From Phoronis australis (lineage: Eukaryota > Animalia > Phoronida): 64,000 nt of DNA. Below are positions 55,901-64,000 of the stretch, piece after piece. The DNA lies in assembly GCA_002633005.1 (NCBI GenBank), contig NMRA01000058.1:1020409-1084408 (forward strand), given 5' to 3'. Under the pieces are notes generated by a model. The model was not told where the DNA came from, did no database searches, and worked only from the letters and a program-made list of their open reading frames with translations. The first letter of the stretch is position 1. Every line of letters begins with the position of its first letter. Position numbers and translations under genes: made by a program.

Positions 55901-56814
55901 ATGAACTATGGGCGATGCAGCTCTGAAATAAGTGGGGAGGGGGGCTATAGCCCTCTCCCAGCCTCTTATGGTGTGCTGACCATGTAAATGTCTGAGGTTT
56001 GAATGTTTTAGCATGTTGGCTGTTTTAAATCTGTCTTGGTGACTGGGCCCTTACGTAACTCGTACTTCTTTCTGTTTAGGTATGAATGTTGGCCCTGTTG
56101 TTGCCGGGGTCATTGGAGCCAGGAAACCTCAGTATGACATCTGGGGTAATGCCGTAAACATTGCAAGTAGAATGGAGAGTACGGGTAAACCAGGCAGAAT
56201 ACAGGTGAGAATTAACTGCTGGGGGTATTGTGGAAATAGTTGCTTTAAACAATGTGCAACTTAGTGTATTCACAGGAACTTGCAAATGGGAATAAAGGGG
56301 TGACTTTAGTCAAATGGAAATAGTCTAGATGGGTAGGTTATCTGCAACACATTTGTCAGTGTACATCTGTGAGCAAATAGTACTTATAACTACGCCAACG
56401 AAGCAATCCTAAATGAATAGGATATTGCATTCGTCTCGACACTATCTGTTGTGGCTAAAAATTAACTGCTTCCATTTTTGGTCATGTCTAAGGTATCGTT
56501 TCTATATCCTTTCTTTTTCATCATGGATTGAAGCATGTCTTGGTTATGTTGATGTTACATTTTACTAACTCATGTAATGTTACTTGTTCGATGTGTACTA
56601 ATGTGATGCACTGTTACATCGGCTGTTGACACTTGCCAAGCAAGCTTTACGTGTTTTTCTCCTCTGTCCACAGCTGACTCAAGAGATGTACAACATTCTC
56701 ACCAAACGAGGCTACTCGCTGGAGTGCCGGGGCAAGATACATGTTAAGGGTAAAGGAGAAATGTTGACGTACTTCTTGACTGGTAGACCGTTCTCAACCC
56801 AGACGTCCTGCTAG
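7068..56814 (+). CDS. ADCY5: Transmembrane adenylyl cyclase type 5/6-like, whole gene: join(7068-7916,19739-19888,20584-20705,25838-25980,38759-39014,39579-39723,40617-40714,42105-42261,44117-44214,44997-45081,46270-46386,47578-47739,49019-49194,51189-51318,51998-52117,53935-54081,55422-55623,56080-56204,56674-56814), 1140 aa
   Basis: All junctions are GT-AG and phases chain without a frameshift (3423 nt). M1-C1-M2-C2 architecture. Motifs: [70 protein letters not shown]5/6-type C1b [51 protein letters not shown]. Confidence 0.95.
9005..9212. repeat. Minisatellite, ~45-bp unit x5
   Basis: The core tagaYgataatccaaa recurs about every 44-46 bp (~9020, 9065, 9110, 9157, 9200). Confidence 0.75.
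12419..12866. mobile_element. CCC..GGG-ended MITE (CMC/EnSpm-like) filled with TGTCAAACGTG / CACGTTTGACA subterminal repeats
   Basis: TIRs CCCGGGTGAGAATTTTAC / GTAAAATTCTCACTCGGG; many short repeats in both orientations; no clear TSD. Confidence 0.7.
13589..13851 (+). mobile_element. LTR retrotransposon remnant: LTR end followed by a tRNA-Ser(GCU) primer-binding site
   Basis: ...AACAACA-T-TGGCGACGAGGAT (PBS at 13839-13851) is complementary to the 3' end of tRNA-Ser(GCU) plus CCA; TATA-like TATATAAA at ~13724; the LTR 5' boundary is a guess; no gag follows. Confidence 0.6.
17049..17767. repeat. Pair of ~145-bp direct repeats (17049-17197 and 17625-17767) around an A-rich spacer
   Basis: ttatcgtaatctattttg.ccggggta.gcca...tattatgacgtaaat...gcaagatgg.catggacaaaacgcc occurs twice. 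Confidence 0.85.
18048..19213 (-). mobile_element. Internally deleted PIF/Harbinger element
   Basis: ~40-bp perfect TIR GGCCCTGTCACACCTTGACGATTTAGCCAGCGTATGCCGAC; TTA TSD at 18045-47 and 19214-16; ACGT/ACGTAT-rich subterminal arrays. Confidence 0.9.
18377..18619 (-). pseudogene. 5' fragment of a Harbinger transposase ORF
   Basis: [13 protein letters not shown]...[16 protein letters not shown] resembles the basic RRR..WVRP N-terminus typical of Harbinger/HARBI1-like transposases, and it lies inside Harbinger TIRs. Confidence 0.6.
19739..19888 (+). CDS. ADCY5: Adenylyl cyclase exon 2 (LVANILLF...RENQQQ)
   Basis: Acceptor tcttctatctctag, donor CAG|GTAGCA; 150 nt, phase 0/0. Confidence 0.95.
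20313..20507 (-). mobile_element. tRNA-derived SINE, copy 1
   Basis: Reverse complement reads GGCAATGTGGCCTAGTGG (A box)...CTCAAGGTCGTGGGTG...CTAGACCC...CAGGTGATCA; homologous to the copies at 24791 and 52457. Confidence 0.75.
20584..20705 (+). CDS. ADCY5: Adenylyl cyclase exon 3 ([17 protein letters not shown]...HENV)
   Basis: Acceptor ttgtctacag, donor AG|GTATGA; 122 nt, phase 0/2. Confidence 0.95.
21750..23000 (+). repeat. Helentron/HINE-like repeat with periodic CC.CTAGTGGC.A motifs
   Basis: Motifs at 21906, 22032, (22171 degenerate), 22298, 22433 and 22977; gaaacttg/gaagtttg segments typical of this repeat class. Confidence 0.55.
24791..25005 (+). mobile_element. tRNA-derived SINE, copy 2
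   Basis: A box TGGCCTAGTGG, degenerate B box GTTCGGGTC, then CTAGACCCTTGAG and CAGGTGATCAGTGCAATGGGCCC. Confidence 0.75.
25403..25690 (+). repeat. Interspersed repeat with a second copy at ~58990-59335
   Basis: Shared ccttatctctgtgattgcttggc, gttgtca.tgaataca.ctg, tagattatgtt..a.tagcattgtc and gcaaatacatctttaa. Confidence 0.75.
25838..25980 (+). CDS. ADCY5: Adenylyl cyclase exon 4 (C1a: [13 protein letters not shown]...RIKIL)
   Basis: Absent from the ORF track and found by reading; acceptor ttctatttccag, donor G|GTAAGC; phase 2/1; contains the first metal-binding Asp. Confidence 0.95.
27005..27846 (+). mobile_element. Diverged internal fragment of the Tc2-like element at 31356
   Basis: Colinear with 31488-32690 (tatctgtaacctatgacagactttctacaaaa...), then jumps directly to the 33540-33650 homolog (tgccaatatt...ggaatggatagttcc). 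Confidence 0.8.
29981..30126. mobile_element. Small palindromic MITE-like element
   Basis: TGGAACAAGTTACTCC / TGGAACGAGTTGTCAC at left are mirrored by GTGACAACTT and two GGGTAACTT (ending GGGTAACTTGCGCCA) at right. Confidence 0.5.
31589..32461. other. 436-bp near-identical duplication on either side of a single N (32025); probable assembly artifact
   Basis: 31589-32024 versus 32026-32461, about 6 substitutions, junction exactly at the N. Confidence 0.85.
33666..33982 (+). pseudogene. Decayed stand-alone HIRAN-like domain gene inside the Tc2-like element
   Basis: [42 protein letters not shown], then after frameshifts [31 protein letters not shown]. This matches the IRGYHVYK.IW.P..GE..N..D.YAV.V.K..IVGH..G.GLEIP..F.G..I.KLK.LL pattern of small invertebrate HIRAN-like proteins (recalled pattern). 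Confidence 0.62.
35279..37081. mobile_element. Non-autonomous Tc2-like element (1.8 kb)
   Basis: TIRs CCGTAAACGTTCGG / CCGAACGTTTATGG; TA on both sides; about 13 TTAA(C/G)CGCCC motifs clustered near the ends; an empty-site paralog at ~33245-33270 confirms the boundaries. Confidence 0.9.
38759..39014 (+). CDS. ADCY5: Adenylyl cyclase exon 5 (C1a: GDCYYCVSG...MEAGGIP)
   Basis: Acceptor ttgcttgttag, donor GG|GTAGGC; phase 1/2; second metal-binding Asp (GDC). Confidence 0.95.
39579..39723 (+). CDS. ADCY5: Adenylyl cyclase exon 6 (RVHVT...EVRRK)
   Basis: Acceptor ctgtcccag, donor AAG|GTAAAC; phase 2/0; [12 protein letters not shown] motif. Confidence 0.93.
39868..39972. repeat. Adjacent (GA/GGGA)n and (AATAC)n microsatellites
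   Basis: Read directly from the sequence. Confidence 0.9.
40617..40714 (+). CDS. ADCY5: Adenylyl cyclase exon 7 (C1b variable region, LERKGE...AIRN)
   Basis: Acceptor tttacttgcag, donor AA|GTACGC; phase 0/2 bridges exons 6 and 8. An alternative in-frame acceptor lies at 40583/40584. Confidence 0.72.
42105..42261 (+). CDS. ADCY5: Adenylyl cyclase exon 8 (C1b: [21 protein letters not shown])
   Basis: Acceptor cactttttacag, donor AAG|GTGAAT; phase 2/0. Confidence 0.93.
43748..44116 (+). repeat. Tandem array of degenerate copies of exon 9 plus its acceptor (units of 72/87/72/87 bp and a partial unit)
   Basis: Units begin TACTCTACTGT.. at 43799, 43871, 43958 and 44030, as does the exon at 44117. 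Confidence 0.92.
44117..44214 (+). CDS. ADCY5: Adenylyl cyclase exon 9 ([32 protein letters not shown]; first helix of M2)
   Basis: Acceptor gatttcag, donor CT|GTAAGT; phase 0/2 fits both neighbours; aligns with the AC5-type YSK..D.RF..Y..CA.L.F..I..Q..I.P segment. It is the terminal unit of a tandem array. Confidence 0.88.
44997..45081 (+). CDS. ADCY5: Adenylyl cyclase exon 10 (HLLMVAVF...MEGCS)
   Basis: Strong T-rich acceptor ending tttcag, donor |GTAAGT; phase 2/0; one TM helix. Confidence 0.88.
46270..46386 (+). CDS. ADCY5: Adenylyl cyclase exon 11 ([10 protein letters not shown]...ASFSCI)
   Basis: Acceptor gtctttcag, donor |GTGAGT; 117 nt, phase 0/0. Confidence 0.88.
47578..47739 (+). 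CDS. ADCY5: Adenylyl cyclase exon 12 (glycosylated extracellular loop, ...SHFPE)
   Basis: Acceptor ttctcttttcag, donor GAG|GTATAG; N-glycosylation sequons NGS, NTS, NIT; ends in the conserved FPE. Confidence 0.9.
48326..48355. repeat. (GT)n microsatellite
   Basis: Read directly from the sequence. Confidence 0.9.
49019..49194 (+). CDS. ADCY5: Adenylyl cyclase exon 13 (YFTFSVL...LFDNRDMLL)
   Basis: Acceptor ttgccttttcag, donor AG|GTTTGT; phase 0/2. Confidence 0.9.
51189..51318 (+). CDS. ADCY5: Adenylyl cyclase exon 14 (...[13 protein letters not shown])
   Basis: Acceptor tgtctttgcag, donor CAG|GTAAAT; phase 2/0. Confidence 0.93.
51998..52117 (+). CDS. ADCY5: Adenylyl cyclase exon 15 (ATEEKEEME...NILPLHVA...DE)
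   Basis: Acceptor tgtcttctag, donor GAG|GTATAA; 120 nt. Confidence 0.95.
52457..52638 (-). mobile_element. tRNA-derived SINE, copy 3 (best-preserved B box)
   Basis: Minus strand reads GGAGGCAGTGTGTCCTAATGTG...GGTTCGAGTCCC (B box)...CTAGACCCTTGAGC...CAGGTGATCAGTG; 10-bp-stem hairpin near its 3' end. Confidence 0.8.
53935..54081 (+). CDS. ADCY5: Adenylyl cyclase exon 16 (C2a: DLYHQ...[15 protein letters not shown])
   Basis: AAG-type acceptor ttgttttcaag, donor GAG|GTGAGA; 147 nt. Confidence 0.95.
54960..55331. mobile_element. Tc2-like MITE
   Basis: TIRs CCAGGATTTTCCGTAGATAAGC / GCTTATCTACGGAAAAATCCGG; TA on both sides; internal GCCCATGGGCG and TTTATTCGG repeats. Confidence 0.8.
55422..55623 (+). 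CDS. ADCY5: Adenylyl cyclase exon 17 ([16 protein letters not shown]...HSFNNF)
   Basis: Acceptor cccatttag, donor G|GTACAG; phase 0/1; adenine-specifying Lys present. Confidence 0.95.
55834..55984. mobile_element. Two tandem copies of a ~70-80-bp CATG-ended mini element (hAT-like MITE)
   Basis: CATGGACGGTGCA...GGGGGCTATAGCCC...TGCACCGCCCATG (55834-55903), with a second copy at 55907-55984. Confidence 0.55.
56080..56204 (+). CDS. ADCY5: Adenylyl cyclase exon 18 ([28 protein letters not shown])
   Basis: Acceptor ttctttctgtttag, donor CAG|GTGAGA; phase 1/0; specificity Asp and catalytic Asn/Arg present. Confidence 0.96.
56674..56814 (+). CDS. ADCY5: Adenylyl cyclase exon 19 (final coding exon, [12 protein letters not shown]...TQTSC*)
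   Basis: Acceptor ctcctctgtccacag; TAG ends at 56814. Confidence 0.95.
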   Translation: MTQEMYNILTKRGYSLECRGKIHVKGKGEMLTYFLTGRPFSTQTSC

Positions 56815-56880
56815 ATAAGCCTTGTCAACCAACCAGAGTACGTTAATACATTCCATCGGAGACCAAATCAACAATGAGAT

Positions 56881-56886
56881 AATAAA
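56881..56886 (+). promoter_or_regulatory. Candidate proximal polyadenylation signal (AATAAA) of the cyclase
   Basis: AATAAA 66 nt after the stop, with GT/T-rich sequence downstream. Further AATAAA occur near 57560, 60036 and 60492, so the true 3' end is undetermined. Confidence 0.35.
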
Positions 56887-57563
56887 TCGAGACGAGATCA
56901 ATTAAGTGAAGACTGTCGCATGTTTTGGGTGTCGTCTTCTTTTACATTTTGCCCATGGTTCATTGCTGTCTGAATTTTTCTGAGTGGCCGCGAATAATTT
57001 TTGTAACGCTACAAGTGATTTCCATTCAATATTGGGAGTCGAGTGTCAATCTTATTTTGAAAGATTGTCGCATTTTGAATCTCTTAAGTTTTTCATCCAG
57101 TAGTCCAATTTTGAAAATCTCTGTCGAAGCCTAGTCATTTGGGTGTGTTGTGTGGCAACAAGTTATGGGCAGTTGTTTTTACTTAACCGTGCCTCAGTAT
57201 TTCAAGCTGAGAATTGCATATGTTCAGAAAACAGGAAATTCCATGCACTTTGTTAAACAAAGCTGCTCAAAATGAGATAAATATTAATGAGTGCCACATT
57301 GTGCACATAATTATACTAATTTTTGAAAGTCTTGGATGATTTGCTGAATTTTTTCAGTTGATTCGGTCATTCCTGTGTTACAATACTAGTCCCACATTTT
57401 TATTGTGTTTTGTTTTATTTTTAATACAAATTTACAAGAGTTACAGGAACGTGTGTCTACATATTAGGAAAACGCTAAGCCTGTCTCCTTGTCAGCTTAA
57501 GGTGCATCTCGCACTGTTTAGCTGGATAAAAATGATAATTGAATTGAGCTTTTTACTCTAATA

Positions 57564-57883
57564 AAATCAGTTTCAAAACATTCCTTACCCCAATAGGATT
57601 CTCTGTTTCCATTACCAACATGAACCTAGGTATCTTCAGGTATTCAAGAAAACGCTTTAGAGCTTAGATGCTAGCCCACTCTGAAATTGCAAATTCAAAA
57701 ATGTTTAGCGGGCTAAAAATGAAAATCGAATTAGTCCTTTTCATCTCATCAAATCAGTCTCATAACATTCCTTTCCCCGATAGGATTCTCTGTTTCTGTT
57801 GCCAACAAGAACCTAGATATCAATAGGGATTCAAGAAATAGCTTCAGAGGCTACCCAACCCTGAAATTGCAAAATCAAAAATG
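57564..57883. repeat. Diverged local duplication (~140 bp x2) downstream of the cyclase stop
   Basis: aaatcagt.tca.aacattcctt.ccc.ataggattctctgtttc...ctgaaattgcaaa.tcaaaaatg at 57564 and 57751. Confidence 0.85.
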
Positions 57884-59417
57884 GCACATGTGCACGTTGC
57901 CTGTGATTTGCAGGTGTATTCAGCAACAATTCAAGATCAGATGAACATGGTAATGCTTTTAACCCCCAAAGTATTTTGGTTCAGAAGTCGACCTATTAAC
58001 AGGGAAACAGGGCAAAACGCAGCTCTAGAAAGAAGAGAGATTTTGTTATGATCTTATTGTTGATACACTTCTGACCAAAGCATAATATAATTTGAAGATA
58101 TTGTCTCTGTCGTGTGTGCTGTAAATAGCCTTGGTAGAGTGTTGTAATGGAATTATATCCTGTAATTAATTTGAAGTCATGCCCAACAGTGCACAGATGT
58201 TCATTTCATGTAATGACTAGCGTGTATGATATGAAATGTAGAATGAAAATGGCTTATAATGTGGTGTAACGGTTGCGTGGTATTAGAGTCAACTCTATGT
58301 AAATTTATGGTAAAAATCTTTATTGATCGCAATTGTTAAACGTGCAATGGTAGCAGGTGTTGTTTCAAATGCTTTGTGGTTTCGTGCAATAGATTTAGAA
58401 ACAGTTTGTATTGTGCAATGCAAAAGTAACTTGATTTAATTTAATTTACTGGTGTGGCTTTGTGGAATGCAAAGACTTGTTCAGTTCAAGCCATCACTTT
58501 TTTCCAATACTGTTTCTGTACAAGACAATTTGACAGCAGACCAAACTAGTCTTACTGAATCTAGATGGTGACTTCTCTTTAATCATTGAAATCATGTCAC
58601 AAACACAGGTAATGTATACAGGGAACCCCTTATCCTCACACATTTCCACTTTCAAGGACTTCAGATTCAAAACAAAATCGTATTTTTATTTTATTGTCAG
58701 AGTATGGATCAGAAGTGTCTTTCCCCTTCTTTTGTACAGACAATTTTGTGATTTTCTATTTTTTTTTGGTGCCTAACGTCATACTACATAATTATTTTGG
58801 GTACTAAAAAAATATCTTGATATCTTTTTTGTAGGGTAATTCTAGCTTATCAAATAATGCGTTTTAACTTTTGAAAGTCATCAGCTGATTTTCATCATTA
58901 CAATAGCATGGTTGTGCTAAGTGTGGTCCATTGGGTGAGTCTTTAAAGGAAGACACCAATACTTTATCATTTAGTGGAAATAGATTAACCCCTTATCTCT
59001 GTGATTGCTTGGCACAACATAGAGCAACCATGAGAATATGAAGTAGGTTGAAAATTGCGAAATGTTTTTAACGAGTTTTGTGCGAATCATGCACAGTAAG
59101 TATGGTAACCAGATGCTGGGGAATAGCACTATATATGATGCCGACTATGTGAGCCCCAGAAGTACGTAATTAGTGCAAATGTTATACCTTTTTACAGAAT
59201 TTTTTGTTTTCACATTCACAAGTTGTCAATGAATACAACTGCACTTTGTTTACCGTAGATTATGTTAAAATAGCATTGTCTCTCAGATATTGCTATACAT
59301 TAGCATATTTTGCAGCGTGCAAATACATCTTTAAGGAGAAAGTTTTCCGTCATTGTTATTTGGGTTGCCAGTGTCAAAATTTGTTTTGTAGTTTAGTCCT
59401 GTTTGATGAATTATTCA

Positions 59418-59616
59418 CCACTTGGCCCAGAGAGGTGTTTTGGGTGATGCGTCTTGGTTGTCAACCATTGAGTTAGTTTGACCCACTTGGCCCAGAGAGG
59501 TGTTTTGGGTGATAGGTCTTGGTTGTCAACCATTGAGTTAGTTTGACCCACTTGGCCCAGAGAGGTGTTTTGGGTGATGGGTCTTGGTTGTCAACCATCG
59601 AGTTAGTTTGACTCAC
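59418..59616. repeat. Minisatellite, 65-bp unit x3, near-identical
   Basis: CCACTTGGCCCAGAGAGGTGTTTTGGGTGAT..GTCTTGGTTGTCAACCAT.GAGTTAGTTTGAC at 59418, 59483 and 59548; no spacers. Confidence 0.95.
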
Positions 59617-62600
59617 ATTTTTAACTTCAGATTATCTCTACAAACATGTCAGTATATGTCATGTAGGGCCTTGTTAACAAGTCTGTATAGTTAACCAAGT
59701 AACCACAAAACAAAAGATTTTAATAAGTATTTATTTTCTCAAAGTAGAAAGCTTGTACTGAGAAATTGATTTTTGATTTCTTATCAATCTGTCGTTAATT
59801 AGGTCATGTGACCATGTCTTTTTCTGAAAAATTAGCGAAGAAGGAGATACATGCACACCTGAGCAAAAGTATCAATAACATTGACCATATTTGGCTCCGA
59901 GACAGAGCAGTGACTTATTAACCATAGGTTACCCAAGCTAAGTTGAGGAAAGATGCATCTTATATGGAGATTAAGGATATTTTCATGTAGCTTTGTTGAG
60001 GTGACTGTTTCGACTTACTTTGTAAATGTCACAGTAATAAAGTACTAAATTTTACTGATTTTTTAGACACACTGAAGGTTTGGAATATCTCATTGTCCAG
60101 TGCTTTAACATCGTTAGTAGATGATAGGTCTGGTTTCCTGTGACTTTTCCACGTCTTTTGCCCTCGTACGCAGGATACCCCACCCCCCCCCCCTTCGGAC
60201 ACTGCAAATTGACAAAAGAAAGGCACAGCGACACATTGAACATCAAAGTAAAAAAATATGTCAAATAATTATGCGTCGTTCAGCGGCTTCTTCCAATTCA
60301 TGCATTACACTCGATCAGTGTAAAGAGTGGTACATATTTCCGAATAGATGGCGGTGTGAGATAGAGGATACTCCATGTATGCATATCTAGCAGTGACCGT
60401 CTTTTGTTCATTAAGTATACCATTTTAACAAGGTTTATAGCAGGGAGAACTGTCCGTTCTACAAAAATCTAACTTGTTGCTATTTTTGTGTAATAAAACA
60501 ACACATGGTTTAATCAACTTCCAATGAGAATGAACTCTTGATCACATTAGCTACCGTGACTACTGGTTCTGCACACGAGTATCGTTGTTTGAAGTAAGGT
60601 ACAGTGGTATGTCAAAGCAACAGTACCAATTACGTGGCCACATTTCAGTTGACATAAGTTTATGCTGTTACCATTTCCTAAAGCATCGTTTCCTGTTATA
60701 TTCCTGCAGCTTTGGATTTTTCCCTTGAAAATCATAAAAAAATTCGTACTTTTGATAGCCCTTATGCAAAAGTGTAACATTTAAAAAACAATTCCTATCA
60801 CTGTTTAATAGAGCAGTTCATAAAATAATCTTTTAGTTTTAAAAGAATCCAATCTGTCATTTATGAGATGGATAGTTTCTAGTGCCAAAGTAACCTAAAT
60901 CAACATTTCTCTGAGAACCTTGCCGTGCGTGCGCACTCTTGAGTCCAAATAGAAAAAACGAGTAACAGTCCTGAGTATGTTGGGAAATAACATGAAATAT
61001 ATACCGGTAGTTCATCTCAAAATGCTACGAAGCTCTCAAAAGAAAAAAAGAGTTCGTACACTAGTGTACGAACTAATAGAGAAACACCGTACTATGCAAG
61101 GAAATATGACTTCTGAGCAAAAGAAAACGTGATTAAATAAATGTCAATTTCATGTTGGTTGCTAGTCCCGTATTTACAGACACAGGCCATTGCACTGAGT
61201 CGAGAAACACACTTCTCTAATTTCATGAATGCAGTCAAGTGGGTAATGTCCAATATACACGCAGTCATAGAAACCCTGAGCTGCAAGACCTTTCAAAGTA
61301 AGTTTCATGAGTACTTTGACCTGGTAATTTTATTCCGTCTTTTTCAACATTCAAACTTAAAAATTTAAGTTACACATTTCCAAGTAATCTGCTTACGAAC
61401 CTGGTGAAAATTGTAAGAGTTTTAAATTGGTACCCCTAAATCGCCTTATTTTTTCTCAACTGTGAAGTTCCAATATACCCAGTAGTGTTGAGTGGGTGTA
61501 ATGAAACCTGCTTAAATGTTTCATTTTATTGTAAAGTCCGGTAAGTGACGGCAATTCCTTCATATATTCAAACAAGTGGTGCTGTTCATGGCAAAACATG
61601 GTTTCACTGATGCTCATTTCTACTGATGTATCTTACTTTGGTAATTAATTGTGTTTTAATAAGTGTCTCGGCAAAACGTACGCCAGCAGAATTCTATAGT
61701 TTGACGAAGGCCGATGCGTTAGGTCAACGACAGTGAAATCAAAGTCAACATGTATTACGTTAGGAAAACAGTATGCTAAAATGATTGGGAATATCAAATG
61801 TTCAGTCAATTATCCCTCTTGTTGTGTCTCTCAGTTGCTCAGCCCTTTATGCCATTCAGATTTTAGTTTTTTGAAAATTCAGGAAAAGACCATACTGCTC
61901 GAAAACGAGATAGAAATAGTCTTTCGGCTTCATTTTAGTTAAAAGCAGCATATGGTGAATTTAGTGAAGTTACTGTTACCATAAATATGGTGAAGTTACT
62001 GTTACCATAAACAGATCTTAATATACATCTGATTTCGTAATCCTAGTCTATATTGCACAAATCAAATCCTTAGAAATTTGATTTTCCAAAACCTTGGAAA
62101 CACTCCAAAAATCAGGGACATGTTATGCATGCAAACACATTTTTATTTTGTCTGACCGTTCATGAAGTTTTTTGGTCTGAACCCATTTACGGAACTTTTT
62201 GTCTAACACCATTTGGTTTCTGGTCACACGGCGGCAAATACACAGTCAACATCCACCAAAGCAGCTGCTACAAGTGTGGTATTGAGGCCGTGATTGGCTA
62301 CTGCTGTTGTTCACAGCTCCCTCTACTGCTCAACATATGTGACGTTTTAATCCATAAGAACTTCATTTCTACCGAAAATGTGTAACCTGAAACGCGAGGA
62401 ATTTTTAGCCATACAAGAGAAAGCAAACTGCAATGTGAAAGTACTCACGAAATGTTCTCAGGGCCCACTGACAACAACTGAAATTTGATGATCAGGAGCC
62501 CAGATTCTTCCTAAGAGTTCTCGCTGAGGAAAATTATCAAGTCTCACTGCCAACAGCTTTCAGAAATATGAAGTCAAGTTTTTGACTTGTCACTTCAAAT

Positions 62601-63373
62601 TTCTCTCACTCGGTGTAATTTTCAGTCCTCTTTAGTTAAGTAGTTTGCAGGAAACGCGCAAATTAAAACAGGGGAACTATTTAAACTCTGAACTGAAACA
62701 CTTTATTTAGTCATACAAAATAAAATAAATTGCCATGTGAAAGTACTCACGAAACTTTGTAACGCCCAATTGTATAGCTAGACATTTTAGTGATGCTGAC
62801 AAGTTCTGACGTGGTTCACTTTTTAGTATGAAATAATACGCGGGAAAAAGAGACTAGAAGAAATCGTTGATTCCGAAAAAAGCCAAAGGACGATTTGCTG
62901 AGAACTAAATCCCACTTAGTGAGTGTTTTAAGTTTACTTAATTGGTACAGTCACTTTAACTGATTTGAACGAATATCTGGCAGACAAGGGCGAGAATTGG
63001 CGACTTGAAACCAAATCACAAAACACAAAAGATTTCACTGTGTTACAGCTCTGGTCGAACCCTAGAACTTTAAAAGGTCAACCTCGCCCGATAATAATCA
63101 GAAGTGTGCGTTTTTCGGTCGTAAAAACGATAACGCCTATTTAAATGCTTATCATTTTATTTTTTTATTTTCGAATACGGTAGTGCCCAGTGACAGATAG
63201 TTTATCTTGAGCTGGATATCACTAGGAATGTTGTGCTTCAGTTTCGTAGCCGCCATGTCTTTCTCTGTCTTGTCGTTTCACTTATCGTCAACACAAATCA
63301 TTGTCAACGGTGGAGACCCATTTAATATACATACGTAATACAACCGAGGAAAGCGCCCATGTTAGAATGCTAA

Positions 63374-63665
63374 TCATGGTACTGTTTGATGTTTAGTGGC
63401 ATTTATACTTGGAGTATTCTGTAATTTTCTAGGTCTCTTTTTCACTGATATATTAACACGGCGGCGCCGATTACCACGACCTGGACGCGTTTTCCGCATG
63501 AGGAACTTGGTCCGAATTTCCCGTGTGGATGGCTGTTTTCCAACGTTCACCATGATATGCGTGTACAGTTTGTGTTCGCTAACACTGACAACTTTGGTTG
63601 CGAGAGTACTTAAACCGTCTATCCTCGACCGATCTACTCTTCTCTGGTTATTAAGCAACAGATAC
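63374..63665 (-). CDS. Last coding exon of a GT7-family beta-1,4-galactosyltransferase / beta-1,4-GalNAc-transferase (B4GALT/bre-4-like); the rest of the gene lies beyond the window
   Basis: Strong minus-strand acceptor tttttgttctcttttaacag|G, phase 2 within an Arg codon. Translation DGLSTLATKVVSVSEHKLYTHIMVNVGKQPS matches the GT7 C-terminal pattern (B4GALT1 DGLNSLTYQV....PLYTQITVDIGTPS, from recall). Confidence 0.82.
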
Positions 63666-64000
63666 CTGTTAAAAGAGAACAAAAACTATACAGGGGAACA
63701 CGCATAAACACACGCACCCGTGCACACATCTAACTTATAAAATCAGGGTAGTTGTAGGTGCCTGTAAGGGTTTCCCAAGAACACTTTGAAGGGAATGGAT
63801 ATTTCTTAGAATACAGTAATTATACAGGCACTACTTCAAATGCGTATACATAGGAATCATCTGGTCTCTAGAACGTTTATCAATAAAATATTGACAAACA
63901 CTTAATTTGGACTTAGTAGCCTCAAAGTAACACCCTAAATATGCTATCAAAATATCGTTTTATCGAATATTAAACCTTGTTGAGGCTTTGAATCTCACAT

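Noticed and set aside
59418-59616. CRISPR-like array
   Set aside because: Units are contiguous with no unique spacers, there are no cas genes, and the context is eukaryotic.
61700-61740. Penelope-type minimal hammerhead ribozyme (TTGACGAAGGCC...GGTC)
   Set aside because: It lacks an intact CUGANGA and a correctly placed GAAA core; none of the other CTGANGA hits I checked had closing stems.
63396-63707. 103-aa plus-strand ORF
   Set aside because: It is the antisense shadow of the GT7 exon, which has the family motif and a strong acceptor on the minus strand.

Overview
This is AT-rich, repeat-laden animal (probably marine invertebrate) genomic DNA, not prokaryotic. It is dominated by one complete transmembrane adenylyl cyclase gene of the ADCY5/6 type on the + strand. 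I traced 19 coding exons from 7068 to 56814; all introns are GT-AG and all phases are consistent (3423 nt, 1140 aa), with the C1 and C2 catalytic residues intact. At the right edge, on the - strand and convergent with it, lies the last coding exon (63374-63665) of a GT7-family beta-1,4-galactosyl/GalNAc-transferase with an unusual Arg/Lys-rich tail. The introns hold many non-autonomous DNA transposons (Tc2-like, Harbinger-like, CCC..GGG-ended), three copies of a tRNA-derived SINE, an LTR plus tRNA-Ser PBS remnant, and tandem repeats. The most notable observations are: (1) coding exon 9 is the last unit of a tandem array of copies of itself and its acceptor, with one competing in-frame AG leading to a premature stop; (2) a Tc2-like element carries a decayed HIRAN-like gene and a segment whose inverted copy nearby supplies an empty insertion site; (3) a dispersed repeat family carries ~130-bp-periodic, co-oriented CTCF-like motifs; (4) a 436-bp duplication across a single N is probably an assembly artifact. 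All family assignments come from recognising motifs by eye; no searches were run.
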